Assembly (NCBI RefSeq): GCF_013177435.1
Contig: NZ_CP053627.1
Coordinates: 1,590,001 to 1,622,000 of the forward strand
Source of the DNA: Xylella taiwanensis
Lineage (GTDB): Bacteria; Pseudomonadota; Gammaproteobacteria; Xanthomonadales; Xanthomonadaceae
Length of the DNA stretch: 32,000 nucleotides
Reading direction: 5' to 3'
Shown here: piece after piece, positions 27,457-32,000 of the stretch
Layout of the letters: every line of letters begins with the position of its first letter
Position numbering within the stretch: the first letter of the stretch is position 1
Program-made: the position numbers and the translations under genes
Notes under the pieces: model-generated
Database searches by the model: none
What the model was told of the DNA's origin: nothing
The model's input: only the letters and a program-made list of their open reading frames with translations

Positions 27457-27894
27457 TCATCCAAACAAATTACGTAAAGATTGATTGGCCTCTTCGCCCG
27501 TGATGAACTCATCAGACTCATCGTAATCCTCGGGCTTGTTGTAGTCATATTCAATATTAAATTTAACTTTACAGAATTCATCACCAAGGTCACCGTTGGG
27601 ACGAATAGTACACGTCAAACCCCATATTCGATCTCCACCTGACTTTATAAGATCATCTTTAAGATATAAAACAGCAGCGAAAGCACGAGAATGGAATTCA
27701 TCAGAACCACCAATCCATTTCCTATCCACACACCCTTCTTTTACTAACCACCATCTACATGAAACCATTTTTGGATAAACCTCATATTTACCCACCACTT
27801 CATCCCAAGCGCGCTCGCCTGGAAATGCCATAAGATCTTCTGCAATGGCATGATACGCTTCTTCGACATTTTGAAATTCGAATTCGGTATTCAT
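27457..27894 (-). CDS. Immunity protein for the His-Me nuclease CT (ImmN, 145 aa)
   Basis: It is a paralog of 5619-6044, and its ATG overlaps the toxin stop (ATGA). Confidence 0.7.
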   Translation of the reverse strand: MNTEFEFQNVEEAYHAIAEDLMAFPGERAWDEVVGKYEVYPKMVSCRWWLVKEGCVDRKWIGGSDEFHSRAFAAVLYLKDDLIKSGGDRIWGLTCTIRPNGDLGDEFCKVKFNIEYDYNKPEDYDESDEFITGEEANQSLRNLFG

Positions 27895-29066
27895 TGATAA
27901 AACTCCTTTAAAATCTTTTCCCCGTCAATCGTTGCTTCAACCACAAACTTATTCGGTCTCACGCCACCAGTGGCTGGATAACCCAGATCGATCTTGACAC
28001 TGACGGACTTGCCGTCCTGTAACGCTTGATTAAACTGTTGTTCCATTTTTCTCCACCCGCTTCGGTTCAAAATCTCTGCTTGCGGCACGAGATTGATCCT
28101 ATCACCAGCTCCACCGAGGCTGGAGGCAATCAAATGTCCGCCTTCATCGCCCAGTTCGCCACACTTACCCATACAACGTTGCTGGTAGGTGTTGCGGTCC
28201 ATCTTTTTTAAAGTCAAATCCGCTTCGACACTTTTTACTAATCCTCTCGTGTCTGTCACATACCCATGACCGTTATCCAACACATAGGCTGTCTTAGGCT
28301 CCAGAGAACCATTGACCGCTTTATCCCAACCAGTGTTCTTGCTGCCTGTGGTGATTTGTTTGACCTGGCTGACATCGGCCCGCTTGGCTAACTGATCAGT
28401 CAATGCCTGACGCCGGGCGACAACATCGGTTGCACCGGAGATCCAGCGGCCACCAATTTTGGCCGCTCTCACGCCGTATTTGGCCAGGTTGCCGATCATC
28501 ACCGAGGCGATGTATTCCTCGCCTTTTTCTAGGGCCACTTGTTCTATGGTCTTTTCCCCTGAACGAATCGCTTTGATGTCTTGCCAGGCGTCATAGGCGG
28601 TCAGGCCTTTATCGGCTAACCAAAGGGCACCAATGAGCACGGGGACGAAGACCGCGTTGTTTTCGGTTTCCAGCCGGGCTGCTGCACTGCTCACCGCCGC
28701 TTCGCCACCGGCGGCGGCGGTGATGCCGGCCACCAGGCTGGTGACGGTATCGGTGCGCTGTTGTTTTTCCGCGGCGCTCAGGCTGGCAACGTCGGCGCCG
28801 GTGGCGCGGTCTAGTAGGTTATTGATGACCACGGCCGCCGCCGCGCCAGTGGCGCCGGCGCCGCACCCTTGGCCTTGGGCGGCAGCACCAGCGCAGCCCA
28901 GCAGGCCTTGCAGGGCCGCACGGGCTGGTTCGCTGTCTAGTTGGTCGGCCAGTGTTTTGACTTGGCTGGCGCCTAGGCTTTGCAGGTAGTTGATCGCAGC
29001 GCCTTGAAGCATTTGGGTGGCGCTGCCGGTCACGTGGCTGCCGGCGGCCAGGTTCAGGGCGGTCAC
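27891..29066 (-). CDS. Orphan cdiA-CT module: pretoxin (ETENN), shared 74-aa segment and His-Me nuclease CT (second allele)
   Basis: It is collinear with 6041-7216 at a constant offset of 21850 nt. cdiA homology continues to 29260 and then meets repeat R4. It contains the motif ..GDEGGHLIASSLGGAGDRINLVPQAEILNRSGW... Confidence 0.85.
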   Translation of the reverse strand: MTALNLAAGSHVTGSATQMLQGAAINYLQSLGASQVKTLADQLDSEPARAALQGLLGCAGAAAQGQGCGAGATGAAAAVVINNLLDRATGADVASLSAAEKQQRTDTVTSLVAGITAAAGGEAAVSSAAARLETENNAVFVPVLIGALWLADKGLTAYDAWQDIKAIRSGEKTIEQVALEKGEEYIASVMIGNLAKYGVRAAKIGGRWISGATDVVARRQALTDQLAKRADVSQVKQITTGSKNTGWDKAVNGSLEPKTAYVLDNGHGYVTDTRGLVKSVEADLTLKKMDRNTYQQRCMGKCGELGDEGGHLIASSLGGAGDRINLVPQAEILNRSGWRKMEQQFNQALQDGKSVSVKIDLGYPATGGVRPNKFVVEATIDGEKILKEFYQ

Positions 29067-29260
29067 AATCGTTCTGCCGGTGCCGCCTACGTCCCAGGTG
29101 GCGTTGTCTTGGAGGCGTTGGTGTAGGGCCGCGATTAGGGCCGGGTCACGTTGGTGTTCGGGTTTGGCGCGTTCGCTGTCTAGGGCCTGTTGGGTTTGGG
29201 TGGCTTCTTGAGCGCGGTTGTTAATAAAGGTGCCGACTTCGCGCTGTAGGCCGCTGACGA

Positions 29261-29500
29261 CGTTTTGTGACTTCCCGCTTTATATCCGGATAGGGTTGAT
29301 TTTAGATTTAAACCAAAAATAATCCATTGATGATTTAGGCGACGCGACCCAAACACACCCTACTTTATTCAACAGCCTTGAATAAAACCCCAAGATGGGT
29401 ATTCACCGTCACACCCGCACCGGCACCGCCCCCTTGGGGATGCGGCACCGGTGCAGCAACGCCGCTCACCTCAAGAGGCAGTGCAATTACTGAGGCATCA
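29261..29500 (-). repeat. Intergenic repeat, copy R4 (full length)
   Basis: It has the same left breakpoint as R2. The AT palindrome is at 29364-29386. The GC hairpin is at 29417-29454, with two mismatches. Confidence 0.85.
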
Positions 29501-29908
29501 TCAAAAACACCAATCGTAATAATCCTCACCATGTTCTCCTACTCCTTTCGATACCCAGACGGCGACGAATGGACAATCTGTAAAGAACCAGAGTCCTCCC
29601 ACTTCCTGATCAATCTCTTCATCTGAAGCAGGAAAACATTGCCTGAATCGCTCCACTAGCTCCTCGATGGAACCCTCCAAGATACGCTCGTCCTTTCTAT
29701 GACCAAGCTTAAGATGACCCTCATCCATTAATTTCCCGATGATAAACAGGAAATCGTTTTTTCTTTCCTCAAAGGAGTGCGGATCCGCTTGATCATGAGA
29801 CAGTCCATGCGCATCCCCTATATAACTCCAAAGAAAATGCAAAGGATCCGCTAAATGCTCATAAAAATAATCTATCTGCTCTTGGGTTAACACAAAATCA
29901 CCTATCAT
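29501..29908 (-). CDS. CDI immunity protein, family A (ImmA)
   Basis: The ATG at 29906-29908 overlaps the toxin-stub stop (ATGA). It translates as MIGDFVLTQEQIDYFYEHLADPLHFLW... Confidence 0.8.
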   Translation of the reverse strand: MIGDFVLTQEQIDYFYEHLADPLHFLWSYIGDAHGLSHDQADPHSFEERKNDFLFIIGKLMDEGHLKLGHRKDERILEGSIEELVERFRQCFPASDEEIDQEVGGLWFFTDCPFVAVWVSKGVGEHGEDYYDWCF

Positions 29909-30267
29909 CTAAATTTAAGTTCAACTTTTTCATTTGTAACCTCCCTCAAAGAAGGATTCTTATCTATATCAATCGTCCACCTTGCTTTGGTCACGTTTTG
30001 TGAAGTAGAAACCGACCTCAACGTCACCTTCGTTCCATCAGTCAGCGTAGCTAGATAAACGCCTGGTTTCATTTCTTTTAAAGGGACATCTCCGGCCAAT
30101 TGCTGTGCATAGTTTTTAATATCCTGATCAGTTAAGGCCTCTGATTTAAACACCTTCACATTACCTGCCTTATTACTTCCCCCTTTCACTTTGGGGTCAT
30201 ACGGGATGGCTTTGACATTGACATTGCTTCGATTCAACAGCGATGCTTGCAGCAACATCGCATGCAA
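29905..30267 (-). pseudogene. Family-A toxin stub fused to the same nuclease-gene scar as 26235-26597
   Basis: The N-terminal 20 codons (MHAMLLQASLLNRSNVNVKAIPYDPKV) and about 70 nt upstream are identical to the 26.5-kb copy. The toxin part then diverges (..LATLTDGTKVTLRSVSTSQNVTKARWTIDIDKNPSL..). Confidence 0.7.
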
Positions 30268-30337
30268 GCACCTAAAAGAAGAAAATCCATCGCGTTTAAT
30301 GATTTCACTGACGCAGTGTCAAGCCAATCAAACAACC

Positions 30338-30730
30338 TCACGTCCACTCATAATAATCTTCTCCATTTTCGCCTTCTCCTTTAAACACCCAGACTGCTAG
30401 GAATGGACACTCATTTATCAGAACAAACCAAAGTCCTACCGCTCCCAGATCCACTTCTTCATCGGAAGCAGGAAAAGATGTTCTGAACATCTCTACTAGT
30501 TCCTCAGTGGTACCCTCGATAAATTCTCCCTTTGTATTGCAAATTTTGAGCCGTCCCTCATCAAGTAATTTCCCGATGATCAACAAGAAATCGTTTTTTC
30601 TTTCCTCAAACGAGTCAGGATCCACTTCTCCAGCAGGAATTCCATAGGCATTCCCTATATCACTCCAAAGAAAATGAAACCCCCCCCCTAAATCCTTACA
30701 AATAAAATCTATTTGTTCTTGAGTTAACAT
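30338..30730 (-). CDS. CDI immunity protein, family A (ImmA)
   Basis: The ATG at 30728-30730 is preceded by GAGGTGA. It translates as MLTQEQIDFICKDLGGGFHFLW... Confidence 0.8.
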   Translation of the reverse strand: MLTQEQIDFICKDLGGGFHFLWSDIGNAYGIPAGEVDPDSFEERKNDFLLIIGKLLDEGRLKICNTKGEFIEGTTEELVEMFRTSFPASDEEVDLGAVGLWFVLINECPFLAVWVFKGEGENGEDYYEWT

Positions 30731-30741
30731 CCAATCACCTC

Positions 30742-31878
30742 TCACCTAAATTTAAGTTCAACTTTTTTATTTGTAATTTCTCTTAAAGAAGGATTATTGT
30801 CTATATCAATCGTCCATCTTGCTTTAGTCAATTCATTTGAAGAAGAAGCAGACCTCAAGGTCACCTTCGTTCCATCACTCAGCGTAGCCAGATAAACCCC
30901 TGGCCTCACCTGGTTTAAAGGCACATCTCCGGCTAATTGCTGCGCATAGTTTTTAATATCCTGATCCGTTAAGGCCTCTGATTTAAACACCTTCACATGA
31001 CCCGCTTTATTACTTCCCCCTTGCACTTTGGGGTCATACGGGATGGCTTTGAACTCCACGCCTCCAACCACTAAGCCATCCTTTGCATTGCCCTTCCCAA
31101 TCACGCCTTTTACGTTATCCAGGCGCTTTATGCGCTGTTGCTCTAAAACACTGCCAATCGGCTTTGAGGTTAAATCAGGCCCTTTAGGATTGTGTGCAAT
31201 TTGATCAAGGGCTTGTTTCTCGGCTTTGGCAATGTCATCGGCTTTGCCGGAGATCCAGCGGCCTCCGATTTTGGCCGCTCTCACACCGTATTTGGCCAGG
31301 TTGCCGATCATCACCGAGGCGATGTATTCCTCGCCTTTTTCTAGGGCCACTTGTTCTATGGTCTTTTCCCCTGAACGAATCGCTTTGATGTCTTGCCAGG
31401 CGTCATAGGCGGTCAGGCCTTTATCGGCTAACCAAAGGGCCCCAATGAGCACGGGGACGAAGACCGCGTTGTTTTCGGTTTCCAGCCGGGCTGCTGCACT
31501 GCTCACCGCCGCTTCGCCACCGGCGGCGGCGGTGATGCCGGCCACCAGGCTGGTGACGGTATCGGTGCGCTGTTGTTTTTCCGCGGCGCTCAGGCTGGCG
31601 ACGTCGGCGCCGGTGGTGCGGTCTAGTAGGTTATTGATGACCACGGCCGCCGCCGCGCCAGTCGCGCCGGCGCCGCACCCTTGGCCTTGGGCGGCAGCAC
31701 CAGCGCAGCCCAGCAGGCCTTGCAGGGCGGCACGGGCCGGTTCGCTGTCTAGTTGGTCGGCCAGTGTTTTGACTTGGCTGGCGCCTAGGCTTTGCAGGTA
31801 GTTGACCGCGGCGCCTTGAAGCATTTGGGTGGCGCTGCCGGTCACGTGGCTGCCGGCGGCCAGGTTCAGGGCGGTCAC
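30742..31878 (-). CDS. Orphan cdiA-CT module: pretoxin (ETENN), shared 74-aa segment and family-A toxin domain
   Basis: It is a paralog of 306-1439. Homology to cdiA continues to about 31959, where an in-frame TAG closes the frame. It is followed by the same junction hairpin as at 1527-1547. Confidence 0.8.
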   Translation of the reverse strand: MTALNLAAGSHVTGSATQMLQGAAVNYLQSLGASQVKTLADQLDSEPARAALQGLLGCAGAAAQGQGCGAGATGAAAAVVINNLLDRTTGADVASLSAAEKQQRTDTVTSLVAGITAAAGGEAAVSSAAARLETENNAVFVPVLIGALWLADKGLTAYDAWQDIKAIRSGEKTIEQVALEKGEEYIASVMIGNLAKYGVRAAKIGGRWISGKADDIAKAEKQALDQIAHNPKGPDLTSKPIGSVLEQQRIKRLDNVKGVIGKGNAKDGLVVGGVEFKAIPYDPKVQGGSNKAGHVKVFKSEALTDQDIKNYAQQLAGDVPLNQVRPGVYLATLSDGTKVTLRSASSSNELTKARWTIDIDNNPSLREITNKKVELKFR

Positions 31879-31967
31879 AATCGTTCTGCCGGTGCCGCCT
31901 ACGTCCCAGGTGGCGTTGTCTTGGAGGCGCTGCTGGAGGGCCGCGATTAGGGCCGGGTCGCACTACC

Positions 31968-31988
31968 GCCGCCCTACCCTTGGGCGGC
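31968..31988. repeat. Second copy of the junction GC hairpin (GCCGCCC-N7-GGGCGGC)
   Basis: 31962-32000 is identical in sequence to 1520-1558. Confidence 0.6.
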
Positions 31989-32000
31989 AGCGCAGCTCAG

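Noticed and set aside
306-31878. The 'M' starts of the orphan ORFs (MTALNLAAG.. at 1439, 29066 and 31878; MLVNYV.. at 4320; MDMATVAV.. at 8989) taken as genuine translation starts
   Set aside because: The MTALNLAAG starts are GTG codons that encode an internal Val in the longer paralog (..IVTALNLAAG..). The others (MLVNYV.. is an ATG) are simply the first usable start within the homology. In the two cases I translated (3010-4320 and 30742-31878) the frame stays open upstream and is closed by a stop at the homology junction. No Shine-Dalgarno sequence, signal peptide or TPS domain follows. They are treated as promoterless or startless orphan fragments.
1-32000. A search for mobile-element genes (transposase, integrase, recombinase), tRNA/rRNA genes or IS inverted repeats that could explain the rearrangements
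   Set aside because: No ORF has DDE, tyrosine-recombinase or serine-recombinase motifs that I can recognise, and there is no tRNA-like cloverleaf sequence. All junctions are explained by homology-driven or microhomology joins between cdiA-derived sequences.

Overview
This window is a contact-dependent inhibition (CDI) / two-partner-secretion toxin island from a GC-rich proteobacterial genome. It lies almost entirely on the minus strand.

**Main gene.** One roughly 10.7-kb cdiA/tpsA-type exoprotein gene spans 13170-23865. It has an extended signal peptide, a TPS secretion domain and long FHA-type repeats. Its reading frame is broken at a 10-nt G/C homopolymer (22510-22519). It does not end in a VENN-delimited toxin. 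Instead it ends in a GxSxG (GHSRG) alpha/beta-hydrolase, lipase-like domain.

**Lipoprotein array.** Five tandem, mosaic copies of a 271-277-aa lipoprotein follow at 9029-13164. They are the most likely periplasmic immunity array.

**Orphan modules.** Same-strand arrays of orphan cdiA-CT/immunity modules flank this gene on both sides (1-8989 and 24873-32000).
- Five orphan CTs keep a pretoxin region with an ETENN or LDNN motif.
- Two carry a His-Me, EssD/YeeF-like nuclease domain with a 141-145-aa immunity gene.
- Three carry an unclassified roughly 105-aa 'family A' toxin domain.
- There are four truncated family-A toxin stubs and seven diverged roughly 130-aa family-A immunity genes.
- There is one further unclassified toxin-stub/immunity pair and one scrambled pseudogene.

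**Other content.**
- A roughly 240-bp intergenic repeat (four copies) and kb-scale near-identical cdiA-derived leaders link the modules.
- A plus-strand parDE toxin-antitoxin pair (24264-24850) sits between the right-hand orphan array and the cdiA promoter region.
- I found no cdiB/tpsB transporter, rRNA, tRNA, CRISPR array, transposase or integrase.
- The long plus-strand ORFs opposite cdiA are GC-driven artefacts.
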